Positions 38,475 through 53,086 of a DNA stretch of 64,000 bases are shown here, piece after piece (positions within the stretch are counted from its first letter, which is position 1; each line of letters starts with the position of its first letter). Location of the stretch: the NCBI RefSeq assembly GCF_032062105.1, contig NW_026928365.1, forward strand, positions 1 to 64,000. The letters run 5' to 3'. Source of the stretch: Saccostrea cucullata (Eukaryota). The position numbers and the translations under genes are program-made. Below the pieces are notes generated by a model. That model ran no database searches. It was not told the origin of the DNA and was given only the letters and a program-made list of their open reading frames with translations.

Positions 38475-40364
38475 CCTTATAATTTAATGTAATACAGTAT
38501 TTGAAATAATCTTTTATCTAATCAAATGACGTATTACGACTAAAATTAAATTATTAAGAAATAAAGAAAGAAATGATTAAAACATTAATTTATTGAATTT
38601 GTTTATTACAACAGAACCCCTTGAAACCAACTGCTTACTTTGAAATGCCTTTAGGTATGAAAAAAAATGTATGACCATCATCCGACAATATTTTGCAATG
38701 CAATAAGCAAAAAATAAATATGACAAGCTTTCCAACGAGGAAAAGCATATAATATATCAGTTGATAATAAATTTAAATTCAAAAAGTAATCAACAAAAAA
38801 CAAACTCTCATAATGAAATACATTTTGAATTAGTTTTAGAGTACATGTACATATTAAGTAGAACAGATATGACGAAAAATCACATACATCCTTGTACAAG
38901 CATATATACCGGTAGTACATCAGAGACCTTTTGGGTTTGATTTAGAATACCAGTGCGAAATAAACATCTGTGCTTTAATGCTGTCAAATTGTGGTAATTA
39001 TATATCTGTAGATATTGTTATACAGCCCGGGGCAATATTCTAACTTAAGTAATGCAAACGGTATATAATCATCAATGTCTTTGTGTAGGGTCCGCACCGG
39101 CAACAAATTAGTTTGCACATTTTGCGCATGAAAGTCTGTGGGCACGTGCTAATACTACATAAAACGATAGTTATTGTTTTTCTCATAATCATTAACCAAT
39201 TCATTGATCAACTAATGTTTAATTGCGGGCACGTGTGTTTAATTCCATTGTCAAGGCCTGTTCATTAATAAAGAAAAAGAACAAATAAACATATACTAGT
39301 GCATGTATTTATCTATTCTATCCAAATGTACAGTACTATAGTAGCTTTTGAGAAGTCATTGAGCTTTTATCATTAAATAATTATAGCGGTTGTAAAACTA
39401 ACTTCCAAGATTCGTAATAGGAGCATGCCAGTAACAGATGCCTATAAATAATCGTCATCCTAAGTTTTTTTTTCAAAAATATATCCGGTCTACAAGTATA
39501 TTGGGTAAGGTCAAAATGTAATATGTAAACAAATGCTTGATAATATTTTAGAAAATAAAAAATAATCAAGAGGACCATACTTAAAAGTGTCCATTACCCT
39601 TATATGGAATATTACGTTTCTCCTGAGCGTTGTAGCCACTTGACATTTAGAGAAGGCAGGCCAAGGCCTGCTCCAGAGAAATCTATGTTTAAACTGACAA
39701 TATTCAAGTCATTAGGACAAAAGAGGGATTATTTAGATAATGATAGTTTCATAACATCTGCATTTACATTTCTCAAATAGAAAACATTTTTACAACGTAG
39801 AAAATATTCGTTAATTGCATCTAAATTATTTAAGTACACGTGTTGCAAAACGCGTTTCTCAAAGTTTGACCATATATTTAATGTTTTATTCAAGAATGAG
39901 ACGTCTTCATGAGTAAGGTGTCGATCACTGGAATGGTAGACTTGATAACCATATATTCTTGTAGATCTCAGTTTAATTTGATATGGTTCTTTTCAGTCAT
40001 ATTTCATAGTTTTCAAAGAGACCCGGGAATAGGATAGGGGTTTGGAGTCAGATAGGTTATCATTAGAAAAATCATGCTACATGTACAGTACAAGTAGCAC
40101 ATGACAAGCCAACAAATTCAAATATTAAACTAACCGAAAAAATTCACTGAGAGCGAACGGTTTTTTTTAAATATATATTAAGTTAGTAAATTTATATTAT
40201 TTTTTTAAAGTTTAATATTTGTTTAATCCTGTCGAGTTCTTACTTACGGGTTTTTAATCATTACATATATTTTTAAACTCAAATAAGGACAGCAAAACCA
40301 ATTCTCGTTTGTTCTGTTATGATTAGGAGAGAAAAAAGCAGTAGGTTGGTGGGAAAGAAAGCTT

Positions 40365-41600
40365 AAAGTGAAAAATGGTGATAAAGAACAACTCCTGTCC
40401 AACTAAACAACACAGATCTGGAGCAGAACAAATACGAACCTCCAAAATACAGAGTTCCCAGACCCTTGCCGTGGAGAAGTGAGCATCCCCTGCCGACAGA
40501 TCACAACCACCGTTTGCTCCTTGTCCTGATCTTGAAAAAAAAGTAAAATTTACATCCATAATCAATATTCAGGCCCAACAATTAGTATGAAAAATGTCAG
40601 TCAGCTTTTCACTTAACGATGTTTGTACATGTAGGTTCCATTGCAGACAAGACCACTGTATCGATCATAAAATTAAAGTTCGTTAGATTTCGGACCTAGT
40701 TAAACACTTCGGAAGAAAAGCGTATTTCTTTTCAAGGTGCGTTTTTACCGACCATAAATCTCACTTTTAAAAAAAAATATTTACTTTCAATTTTCAAAGA
40801 TCTAAAATATAATGTACTTAGGACCAAATATGATGACCTTTATTTTACAGCTATTTGATAAGTATCAAGATGCTTAAAATTCTCCGTATGCAGGTGATGA
40901 AGGTATATTGCTTTATTAGTAAGGGAAGTTGACGATTGTAATGTTCAACTCATCACGTGTATTATAGAGCTTGATTGTTAGAACCTCTCTTCTAAAAATA
41001 GGGTGCTTTACTTTTAAAAAATATTTGTTTTTCAGGAAAAATATGCTTATTTATTTATTTTTTTTTTAATCTATCTCAAATTAAATCATCTTTATTAAAA
41101 GAAAGTAAATCAATGTCATACCAATACTATTATACTTTGTACATATATCTGGGTAAGAAAAATAAAGAGCTGAGGGAGTCTCTACCTGTCTTCTCCTCCA
41201 ATCTTAATGGGGGTAAATCAATTCATCATTTTTTCGAAACGATTTTTTTTTAGAGAAATGTAACAAAATAAAGCTGTCTATTACTAAAATTTTAGTCTGG
41301 TATTTTGTTTTATACATCTTTTTTTTTCAAAGTCCGTTACGTGTCGTAACGTGTCACAAGGGTTACATTTGACGTCATTTTTTTTTTAAATAAAATACCC
41401 AAATGTGAAACAGATGTGTCAGACTCTGTGGTTTCTTTTATTTCAAGCTCTAAACTGAGTTACCCCGGGTATATCGACTCAACTTTTGAATAAGATTATC
41501 TGATGTTAATAGATAATACGTCATTGATATATCGAAGTGTCGAGTTGAATATTATTTGATATCTTCTTCACATGGAAGATTTTTGGAATAAATTATTTTA
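40365..41600 (-). mobile_element. Inverted, interrupted Penelope-like copy (3' part 40365-40670; RT core part 41395-41600)
   Basis: Reverse complements align to the 3' UTR/ORF end and to the YIDD-to-YLD region of the 19975 copy. Confidence 0.8.
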
Positions 41601-42887
41601 GACTTGGTTGGTTTGTCTTAAAAAAGTCATTTAACGTGTTTGTCTCATAATAGTTTTTTTTCTGTTTAATTTTAAAATGTTTTAATACAGCTTAAATGTA
41701 TTTGTTCTGCGTAGTCATTTCTTAAAGTTATCGAAATAAAGGTTCATACAGCACATATATTCTCATACATGCAGTTTATAAGAACTAATGATTTGGATAA
41801 AAACGAACTGGGCAGTTATTTTGCAGCAGCTACTAGTATATCCATTAAGGGCTGAGAGAAAATTTTTCAGTTTCTTGATATTTTTTTTAAATAGTGTGTA
41901 CAATAATATTACAGTGTATAACAAAAATTATTTTAAAATCAAGTTCTGTTAGAATAAAATATATTATTCCATCGCATAAGGATAAAAGGTATGAATATTA
42001 AACGACCTAACAGGTGTTAGGGCACACCATGTGTACTGTGTAAAATTTAGTATGGAATCAACTGAAAAGGTGCCGGAATAAGGGTTAATAAAGTGACTTC
42101 TTCCAAACAATGTACGACTGTTTATACACTTAATTTAAAATAGAATTTTATACTTAAGGATCCTTAAATATGGAATAAAAAATCAGATGAGTGCATTAAA
42201 GTTTAAAATTTCTTCTCATTTGTATAATTAATTCTTTATGCCATCTCAAATTAATTTTTTCAATGTGACAATTTCGTTAATGTATGTTCAGTTAATTATT
42301 AGCAGTTGTCGAGAAAAAAATTCTCAAAATTATCGATTCACAAAAATCGATTCTTTAATCATTCGAGTCATGGTGCACATGTAAAAAAAAAACTGCATTG
42401 TAGATGCATACAGCTTCACAAATAATGCAAAGAGAAGAGTATTGATATTTGGCTTTGTTAGAGTTACACGTGAAGATGAATATATTAGCTGACTACGTTC
42501 ATTGCTAGGAGAAAGCCTGTACTGAATAGTCCAGGGTCCAGGATCATGAAACAGACTTGAACATAAGTCAAATTCTGCAATCATCTCTATGATGTTTTTC
42601 TATTGTCAACTTATGTTCTACATTTAGAGAGAACAACATTTTGTCAATGCAAGGTTAGTAAATGTTTTATGGTCCCCGTGTCGGTATTTGGAATTGATCA
42701 TCTTATCCCCCAGAACTGCCAAAACAGCTTCCAAAGAAACCTTCTCGTTTTAAGGAGAGATTTGTATGGTTTCTGAATAGACAAAATATTCAAAATATAT
42801 TAACTCATTTGTCTTAAATATTTAGATGTGAAGGATTAAAAGCATCATGTTTTTCTTTCCACATCACAAATGTACAGCTTTAGAAAA

Positions 42888-43630
42888 GGTAGACTGAGTT
42901 TGAAATCTAGAAGAGACTATATTTTTAGCGGAATAGCAGCGTTTGAAAATAGATATTCTTTCTGCTTCAAATTACTATAGAACAATGAATTTAGCTAAAA
43001 AATTCACAAAGGAATACTTTTCATGTGCAAGTGAAATTAACAATAAGGGACTTAAAATATATGAAATAAATATAACGTTGCAAACAAATGACAATAATAA
43101 AATTATTATATTATGTTAGCTTTTAAAACGTTCAATCTAAGTAGAGATTTGAGCCAAAAATCTTGTAATAAGTGTTTTTCTCTTTTAGTTAACAGTCAAA
43201 ACTTGTTTTTGCATTTTGTATTTTTTTTATGGCTACTTCACCATGTGTAAACAAACATATATACTAACACATAAAAATAACTAATATATCCGGAAAAAAT
43301 TAAGAAAAAAAGTAGAAAATTCGGATTAGCTAATATCCATTTTAGTTGAACTTTTTTGGTAATATCATCTGATAGATCCTACATGTATATAATTATCCCT
43401 TTTTATGCAAAAAGAACAAAAACATTGGCATCGCATGAATGGCAACTATTTCTTTTTTTTTTATTCTTAATGTCCAGGGAAAAGATAATGACCTTGACCT
43501 AACCTATTTCTAACATAATACGGTAAAATTTAGTCTTACTGATACCATCATGATTTAGTGGTATTGTATTTTTGAATCTATATAAATTTCATTATTTTTT
43601 TAATACAAGAGATGTGAGAATAATCCCTCC
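42888..43630 (-). mobile_element. Older inverted copy of the 24084-24849 element
   Basis: 43460-43630 is the reverse complement of 24084-24255. The left boundary is approximate. Confidence 0.72.
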
Positions 43631-45136
43631 TTGTTCTTTTACTATCACAATGCTGACTCTAGGAATTGTGTTCCGCGAATGAAAAGTGCGTCACGAAGGA
43701 AAAAAATAAGTAATACTTAAAATGAAATACAAACGTCAATTTTAAGAAATTGTGATCGCTACTTATATATCAAATAGGAATTTTTCACTTTTGAAATGTA
43801 AAGCGAATATTAATGCAGATAAATATAATTAGAATCGAGCATTTTCAAAAATGGCTGTACTTGAAACACAAACCTAGTTTTAAGAAGTAAAATCAAGAAA
43901 AAAATCCTTATGATGTATTCTGGAAACTTTTAGAGGACTTTTCCCTGAGGCCATTAAGTGTATTTGCTTCCATTCCGTGTGTTCCTGACAGGTGATCAGT
44001 CCAACCCCGCCACCTTGTCATACACTTAAGGAAGATCACCCATTAGCTTCCTTTAAGGTCATTATTTTAAGAAATTTAGTCAAAAAGACGTTTAATTGGC
44101 TGTTCTACATGCAAAGAAAGAATTCTGTTACATTCCCCCTTTCCCACTGTTTTCAACAATTATCGAACTGGTAGGCGATTTGTGCTGAATTTATGAACCG
44201 AATTATTTGTAAAACTTTTTTTTTCTGGTTCCTTCAATAGTTTCCCTAACTGATCATTTACATTTCATATGCAGCAAAAGATAGCAATTTAGGCGTTTCT
44301 TTAAAAATGCATTTTTGGGTTAGTGAAATTCACAAAATTAAAGAAAATGGGCTGATATAACCAATATTAGGCTGGAACATATAGAAAACATTCGATGTAA
44401 AGACATATTATTGTAACCAGTGTAAGTACATGTAATTAAATGTTTCAGGTTTTAATCACCCTAGGAAAGGTATAACTCATTTTCTATGTAAAAGAAAAGA
44501 GAAAGTTATTGTCGCTAACAAACACATTCGTTTTGTAATTTAAGCCGCTTCCAATAAGTTATCAAAAGTTAATACACTATGTAGAAAAGTACATATTCAG
44601 CACATTTTACTAAATCTATTTTAACTGATTTTCCGAAAAACCAACATTATGCGATTTAATGGTTTTCCTCGGCATGGCATTTGTCGATGAAAAATCAACG
44701 GTTTTAGTTTTTCTGTGTTACATTTCGTTATCTTTATGCTAAACATGTATAGAAAATTTTACAGTATGTACACGTAATATTTAATAAGAAAAACAGAAAA
44801 ATAACTGCAATTGATATCCTTTCTGCGCATGTTTCTTTTAATCCATTTGTAATGCGATTTTTAAAAAGTCGACGATGCACATATTCTACATAATATGATC
44901 TCAAATTTGTAGAAATTGTCCTCAAGATTGGGGATTTATTTTAAATTTGTACGTTTGATAAAAATGAAATTCGACACGCATGAAATCATTTCTGTGTTGT
45001 ATATTTACTTGAGAAAGTATATATATAAAGTCTCTGGTATTTTTTTTTAAACATTTGGGTAAATAATTTTATAGTGACAATATCTTTTGATCTAAATTCG
45101 TTGTTTTGTTTCTGGAAAATAGTACCATGTTATTAA

Positions 45137-45625
45137 AGGGACATGGACACAGTTTCACTGCATTTTCAAAACCAATTTTAATGTTTACAAATCCTACCAA
45201 AGGCATCATCTAATAACTGGCAAAAATTTGAACATCATTTGTTGATTAACAAACGAGATACAGAACTTAGAAGTTCTTCATAATGTAAACAAGGCTCGTG
45301 TGTTGTTTTTGTTTACATATAGAAAATATCATATTTATAATAAAATGAAATTCAACAAATCAATAGAAACTGTTGAATCGTATTTAAATTAACTTAAAAA
45401 AAATATTTTCTTTTAACGAACATATATTAGTATATTGACCTATGTAAACAAAAAACATGACATGGACTTTGTTTACATAACAAAGGTTTGGAGCTCTTAA
45501 TCTGTGTAGTATCTTGACAACTGGCGTTCAAATTTTTAATGATCATTAGAAAGACCCTAGTTAAATATTTGTAAAAATGGAAAAATGAATTTTGAAATTT
45601 TAGTTGAAACTGTGTCCGTGCCCCT
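45137..45625. mobile_element. Kolobok-like MITE (~489 bp)
   Basis: TTAA|AGGGACATGGACACAGTTTCA ... TGAAACTGTGTCCGTGCCCCT|TTAA (19/21 TIR match). Confidence 0.9.
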
Positions 45626-47050
45626 TTAACTTAAAAAAAATCAGCAGAACACTGTATAACCTTTGCACTTCTGACCTACAGTGTAGTATAAATCTTTTTC
45701 ACAATTATCAAAGTGCAGTTAATTGAATCAATCAATTATAATGACGAATTCTTCTTAAAAACTTATTTTCAACTACTTTTCCTCATGGCTAAAAGACCAT
45801 AGGATAAATACCACTTTAGTACAAAACAATACAAAGACGGAAGATAAATTATATTTCATTTATTTTCCATATAACATTTGGTTTGAAACTGACCCATAAT
45901 GAATCTCTCCTAATTGGAAAGAAACGGGTACTTTCGTTTTGGGACAATGTAATATATATGTTTTCGTTTTGTAAAAAGTATAACTTAGATTGACATAACA
46001 ACAAAGAGGGGAGGATCCAGCCTCTCTGCACACTTAAGTGGAGTGGGTTGGATTTGTTTTGGACTACTAGCAATAACCAGTTCAATCAAGATAAGAAAAA
46101 AGAGTAAACACAATTGTATAAGCGAAACTTACAAGACATCATTCAAAAAATGTCCAAATTATTTTCATTGGTTACGTATGTTTCAAGGTAAAAAATTAAC
46201 TTCCTGAATTGTTTATATCAAAATTCTTTATCTCTCAATACATTTTACTGTAAATTGGGAAAATCTTTTACAGCGAGCATATTTCGATCGCCACACTCCC
46301 TGCGGCAAGCTTTCATTTGGACTGAAAAAAAAATTCACTTAGAACACGTTCCTCGTTCTTGTTAAGTAACTGTTTTTAGAAAATGTCTTTGGTGTTTTTA
46401 GATAAAAACAATTGAAAACAGGGTGTAGCATGATGTCTTGACATTCCACGGAATTTAACATTATTTACTGGATAAAAGTTTCTTTCGCAAACGCTAAAAT
46501 GAGTTTTAATCCAAGCTTATCAATAAATCTATAATTTTGGTATTTGTTAATTAGATAAAATTTTAAACTCAAGTAAAAATAAATGTGGTAATTAAAAAAG
46601 AATCATAAAGTTTTCTTCTAGAGACAAGTAAGATTAATGTTTTGTTACACTAAGGATGGTACTTTGCATTATGGACAATCGAACTGGTAACTGTCTACAA
46701 AATACATAAAAGGAAATAATGAAAATGTATAATACTCCACTTGTATGATAAAAAAATGTTCTAGCATACGACTGGGTCACGTAACACACTGAACAATATT
46801 TACACATGTAAAATAGTCTTGTACACACTCTATACTGAAATAATAAAACACACAGTGAGCATTTTCCCTGCTTTTGGTACAGAAGCGATAAATATCGTCT
46901 TTGTCAAGAACTCTACTTGGGTACTGACGGTCCTTTACCTCCGAATCATCCCGCCCCATGAGAATTCGGACTCGTATCCCTCCTATGGGACCGTTACATG
47001 TGGTTTCAGCATGTAATCAGTGTTATTGTTCTCCTAGTGATCAACGTATC

Positions 47051-47328
47051 TCATGCCTGAACTGCGCCTGCGTGGTGAGCTTGTTGAAGCAGATGATCCT
47101 TGCTGTCGTCTCCATCTCGTATCCTCGCTTTCGCGCGTTCATTCAACTTCTTTCGTTTCATTCGACGATTCTGAAACCACACTTTGACCTGTCGCTCTGA
47201 TAATTGGAGTTTACATGAAATTTCCCACCGTTTTTGACGAGTTATATAAGAACTGTTCAAAAACTCATTTTCCAACACCATAGTTTGATATCGCGTGTAT
47301 GGTTTCCGTTTCTTTCTGCCTTTGGACT
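47051..47328 (-). CDS. Post2: Post2 posterior Hox gene, coding exon 2 (homeodomain)
   Basis: Acceptor tttctttgcag| followed by (E)[66 protein letters not shown]...[19 protein letters not shown] and [14 protein letters not shown] are diagnostic of spiralian Post2. Spliced CDS 511+278=789 nt, 262 aa. Confidence 0.97.
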
Positions 47329-50300
47329 CTGCAAAGAAAGAAGTAAGAAATCATGAATTGAGATTTAGACTTGTACAGGACATTGTAGGAGATCTTTTTA
47401 ATTACAGTTCAAAGGTCGACCTTGAAGATCGTGTTATCAACCTTAATACTACCAAACAATCACGTAAGGACATACTTTACGAAGTTTGAAACACCTATTT
47501 TCTGAAACATAGAAAATTATAATGCAAATTTGAAATATTTCCTCGTACATTTCCTTCCATCAAAGTTATTCTTGTTGAAAATTTACATTAAAGAATGTTT
47601 TGCGAACTGCTAGTGTCGCTGAGATTTGTAACAAACTGTCTTTCGGTAACCAGAGCATGTTTACAAAGGCGTCTTAAACAAAGGAAAATCTACTATGCTA
47701 GCCGCAAAAACAGTTATATCTACCGGTATACAAACAAGGAAAAAACTTTTCTTTTCTCAAATTGGACTGCTGTCGTAATTCACATTGATTATTTTAAAGA
47801 AAATATCTTCATTGGTTATTATCTATAATACTGTACCAAACAACGTTTACTGAAAAAAAATTACAGATTTATACAACATAGGGACTCTGGACAATGGGAT
47901 ACTATTAAGTCTGATATTATCCGCACAATCCTGTTGAATTGATAACAAGAAATCAAGCATATGTAACCACTGTTGTGTTTTGTCCAACGTTTGTCCATAA
48001 CGCGGTGCATTGGGCCGTAAACAATCATCTTTGATGTCCGCGGACCACAATACGAAGCTTAGTAAAGCATTCGGGCGTATATCTATAATGATGGGGCAAC
48101 CAGTGCTTAGGGAGTTAAATGTATCTTTTTTAAAAAAATTAAGCGGGACTAAGACGAAATTCAACATAAGGAAATAAAAGCAACATTTTTTGATTTATAT
48201 CTTGATGTGTTTTGTTTACAAGCCATTTACGTTAATACCAATACGTGATCTAATTTTTCTTGCTTGGTTTGGTCTGTATTATGGGGCCGAGGAAAAAGTA
48301 AAATGAGGGGAAATTTGAATAACAATCCGGATTATAGCCATAAAATTCATAAGAAATCAATATGTAAATAATTTGTTGAAATTTCATACCACTCGATTTC
48401 AAGGTAGAATTGTCAAATCCATCCGCTCTTTGCATTTCGTGCAGGATATCATTATACGACAGAAATTGACTATCGTCTCTTTTTACTTGTTTCTGAATTT
48501 CGTATCGTATTTACGCAACTTATGGCATATTAATTCATTAATTTATGTTGCCATTTTTTTCATTAAATGTCATATAAATAAAGTGTTTTTGGATTTTTGT
48601 TAGATTGTATTTCCGAGAGACCGCGAAGTTCCATTGTTGCCTTTCTGGCAGCTATGAAATTTGCACGGCGTTTTTCCGAATGACGAAGTAATAAGATATA
48701 AACCAATGCAACACTTCTGACTTTTTATTTTAATTTGTTAGAGATAACTTTACTTGTTCGTTAATAATCGTTATTCAAAGTCTGAATATTTGTTCCCTTC
48801 CTATATCCATTTACATCGGTCGTCAATATATCAGTGTTCATACTTCTGTGTAACGGATGTTGATGAAAAACGTAACATTTTATAAAAGCATTAACAATAC
48901 ACCGTAATTCACACTAGTGCATTTGTGTTCATTTCCATGCTTAGGTAACCTTTAGATTCCAGTTTGTTTGTGCCTATAATTTTAAAGTCTTAAAACCCTC
49001 TGTCTCATAGTCATAAGTGTAAGTTTTCACATCTATACTCAAATCAAAAATCACAATGTAAAGCAAAATTTTCAAATGCATAACAAGTCCCCAAATTATC
49101 CGACCATGACGGTGTGCGAAATAATATAGCCTTAATGCATTTCACAACAAACAACCGGAAAATCACATTCGCTTAAATGTTCCTTAAGAAGGGGTTTTCT
49201 GACAAAGAAAAAAAGTAAGATTTTTAATGTACCTAGATGTAGACTATATACGCCAATCTTCAAATATTCCCACAAAAATATCTCTTTTCTTCAACCCCCG
49301 ATCATACGTTTTCCTGACGAGCTTTCATTTTTATTTTTAATCAGGGGAATATGATTAAATTATTGTAATAAATGTTAGAGCTAAGGCCTAAGACGGTGAA
49401 CTTTGGAAAAGCAGAGGTCTCAATTAGCGGAAGTGTGAAACTAACAGCTGATTCCCGAACGGTGTCTTATGTGATCCAGAAACAATCATTTGAAAATTGA
49501 TGCCAGCTTAGTCTTTTGACAAAATGGACGAATTACAACCCCCCATGGACTATTAACCAAATAAGATCAATACTGGGTTATTACTTTTTTGTTCCAAACA
49601 TGCTGGTGCCGGTGTACACATATGCAATATGTTAAAATAATATTGCCTTGAGGATTCCTTTTTTATATTTGTATATGACTTAACTATTATATATTTCTGT
49701 TAGAAAGTGAAACTGTAAGAAGATTTGGAATTCAAATATTTCTTTGGAAAATGATTACTTAAACACCTCTGAGCATTACTCTACAAATATAACTACCGAT
49801 CTTCCATGTATAACGACTTTCGCACCTGTGTCTTCTATCTCGTATTAAAATAGAGAGTCTGGCTGCACGCGGAGACTTCAAAGGTGCAAGTCTATGATAT
49901 GAAGGGTGCAGAGAGCCTATATATGTAATTAATGTGATTTTTGCTTGCCAGTGGACAAAGCTGTCAGTAACGTGTTAGATTCGGGCGGGACAGTGACGCA
50001 GTCATTAGTGTAAATGATAGATGTCCATTACGATTCTATCCTCCGACCAAAACGAAAATATAATCTCTCTGCATATAGTTAAGAATTTGCAATGAAGTCG
50101 TATAATTAAAGTAAGCTCTCATACAGAAAAACAAAATTCAGCATAGTCTTGTTTGTTTGATGACACGAGAAAGCGATCTTAACAAAGATAAATGTAGTTT
50201 CTAAGCTCTGCTTTGCATGTATAGGGCATTTAGGGTATATTTTTTCGATAATCGCCCCAGAACCGATCTGCTTCATTTCTGCTTAGATCTCAACATCAGA

Positions 50301-52575
50301 TACCGTGCTGGTGTTAACACACGTCTTCAATTTCTGTATTTATGATGCGAATAAACGACAATTCTAAACCTGTCTAACACACATCCTAATTACTGAATTT
50401 AAATAACAAAACAAAGGTACACAAGGTGGCGACTGTATATTATGAACCAAACCAAAAACAAGGTATTTATTTCTGTTTTTAAAAAGGTATTTTCATAAAC
50501 AAGTGATTTCAAGTGCATCTTCATTTCAATTTTTGGCTGCATTTCTGCTAACTCGAAAATTTTCAAACAAAAAATTATTATATTTGTTCTCTGTGGTTCA
50601 ATATCACAGGTGTAAAAAAATATCCTGCGTCATAAATCATTTTCTTTGTTAAGAGTCCATGTTGTTTTCTTACTATCTAATATAAGACCAGTATATCGAT
50701 CTCAATGTTGAGCTCACTCTGAGTCTGGGGATGGCAGGGCTCATCGATCGGTTTAACTATCCACATCAAAAATGAATTTAACAATACTTTTGTTGGAGAA
50801 TTCCATATGCATGGCATTTCTGTACCTTATGTCTGTTTAAAAATTTGAGATAAACCCACAAGGTTTGTGAGAACAGAAAAAATTTGTTTCTGACTTTCAT
50901 TCACTCTGCAACAAAAAACGAACTTAACGGTTGACAAGTTATATAAATGCAAATAATTCATGAGTTTATTTCCGTAATTCCTTATTATGTTAATACATGT
51001 TTGTATGATTACATAATGAAAGTTCTCCTTGACATGAAGTTGTTTTTATTTCTCATCTAAAGAAACATCGCATTTTTCTGCTTACACCATTCTAAACACG
51101 ATCAAAACTCATCTAAATAACTTCGTTTAATAAAAAAAATATAAAATTTTAGCCTGTAGTTTACAAGCTTTGTGTGATTTTCAGAGGAGGGGAGGGGGAT
51201 CCTGTTTACCTTGGAACTGAATGCTAGGAGATGCCGGTGTAACTATCAATGTCCGAAGAATTTTTACGATAAAAACGTCAGTGACAATACAGACCCCAAG
51301 GGTCAGGTAAAAAAGCCCAATTTTGCTCCGTGTGGACAATGATGGATAAAGACAGAGAGAGTTACTGACAGACATGTAAAGAATATGATTAGGTACAAAT
51401 CGATTGTCAATAGCAGTCAATCGCGCCCCCCGGGCAAAATCAAACCTTCACCTTGTAACGGAAATTATATAATGTGTATTTTGTTCATACATGACCTCTA
51501 ATTAATGAATGTCTCTATTCTGTCATTTTGAATTCTCGCTTTCTATAAAAGTAATTAATTAACGAAGTTAACGTTATAATCTATTTGCTTGTTGGTTTTT
51601 CTAATTTTGTCGACAGTATCATCACTGTAGGTACGCTGTCAAATAAATTAGATAGGCCGTGATTTCCGTTCTAGGACAGTCAGAAGTAAGTCTTTGTTTT
51701 AATTATTCAGAGACCATTTCTGAGAAGTTTGTTGCTAAAAAAAAACATACGATTCCTGTCATGCAATAGCTCGCTTAGACAATGTAGCGCGGCATCTTGT
51801 AGTCATGACACTTGATTCTGAACTTATTCAAAGCGAGAAGCACTTTTTGGATTCTAAATTTATTTATTTTTAAAAATAAAAAGGCGAGGGATGTCCCATG
51901 CTTGCACCGATTTCGATGCCTCCCTATTCACGCCCTATAACCATTCGCCATCCAAGATAGATGTGAATGAGCGAGAGAAAGCGAAAAAAAAAAATCAAAA
52001 TTAAAAATAGCTTCCTATATTTGGTTTACTGTTTCAAAAATTTGAATTCTGTCATCACGTATTTTGAGTAAAGTATTTAAAATATGTAACTGTTCGGGTT
52101 TTAGGACTTGTTATTTTTCCATTCATTTCATATCATATTTTTAATAACAAAACGCATTATTTATTGGCCCCAGATGAAGATACTAGACATATGCTGTATT
52201 AGTGATTACCAATTACAATACAGTAAACTGACACTTTGTGGCGATTAAAGACTTAGTCATGTGTATTTAGCAAGTTTACAATAACAATTTGCAAACTGTA
52301 AAAAAATTAATCCAGACCACAGGTTGAATGCGTCAAAACGGTGTCCATAGCTATTCAAGATTTTTTATCAAAATAAATTAAGGTACTCTTATTTCAATGT
52401 ACGAAAAAATGAAGAAGTTAATGAAAGTAACAAAATATTTTTAAAAGTTATTTTCTATTATTTACATACAGATCTATATCCCCAGGATGCAAGAAAAAGG
52501 ACGGTGATTACTCAAACGTGGGATTTTTAATGTATTTTGTAAATTGAATTTAATGTAATTCCATTACTGCATTAC
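47329..52575 (-). other. Post2: Post2 intron (5247 nt, GT-AG, phase 1)
   Basis: Canonical donor GTAATG and polypyrimidine-CAG acceptor join the two exons in frame. Confidence 0.88.
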
Positions 52576-53086
52576 CTTGGTTGGATGATTCTGATGTAGC
52601 ACTTCGACAGTCTATGTCTCTGCCGGGAAGGGTGGGTAATCCGGGGGGAATATCGGGGTAAAAGCTGCCGTTCGTGTAGCCCGCTGTATGGGCAGAGGGG
52701 TACATGTCAGAATACAAAGGGGGATAATTCCTCATAGTTGGCATAGCATTAAGGTTCATATGATTTAACTGCATTTGTCGGCAGTTTAAATAGTCCGCAC
52801 CCGCACTAGCAAATGTGTTGTAGGGGGATTTCCCGTTCATGGCGGAGAATGAAGGTCCCAGCTGTAGATTGCTATAGGAGGACATGGAGCAGGAATTGTG
52901 GGGAGGGATTGAGCTGTCAGCGGAGTAAGAGGGCCATCCGTTCTGGGCGCCGATGGCGGTGGTCCGGGAGATGCTGTCCTGAGCCCCGGGACTAGAGGAA
53001 AGGATACTGGAGACAGATGTGGTTAGGCCGTTCTGGTAAAACGGAAGAGCGCCATGAGCTAGAATATTATTTCCCACGGTTTCCAT
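52576..53086 (-). CDS. Post2: Post2 posterior Hox gene, coding exon 1 (N-terminal 170 aa + 1 nt)
   Basis: GC-rich ORF METVGNNILAHG...SESSNQ, rich in S/P/Y/N like Hox activation regions. Ends at donor CAAG|GTAATG (GT at 52575-52574). An in-frame TGA lies 9 nt upstream of the ATG, and the context aatcATGG is strong. Phase 1 matches the homeobox exon (G+AG = Glu). Confidence 0.9.

Noticed and set aside
46777-47200. Overlapping short ORFs antisense to or downstream of the homeobox
   Set aside because: Shadow frames of the GC-rich exon and proximal 3' UTR, with no independent support.
52550-52575. ORF-track C-terminus GNAVMELH* of the 178-aa ORF
   Set aside because: Read-through into the intron past the GTAATG donor; the real protein splices to the homeobox exon.
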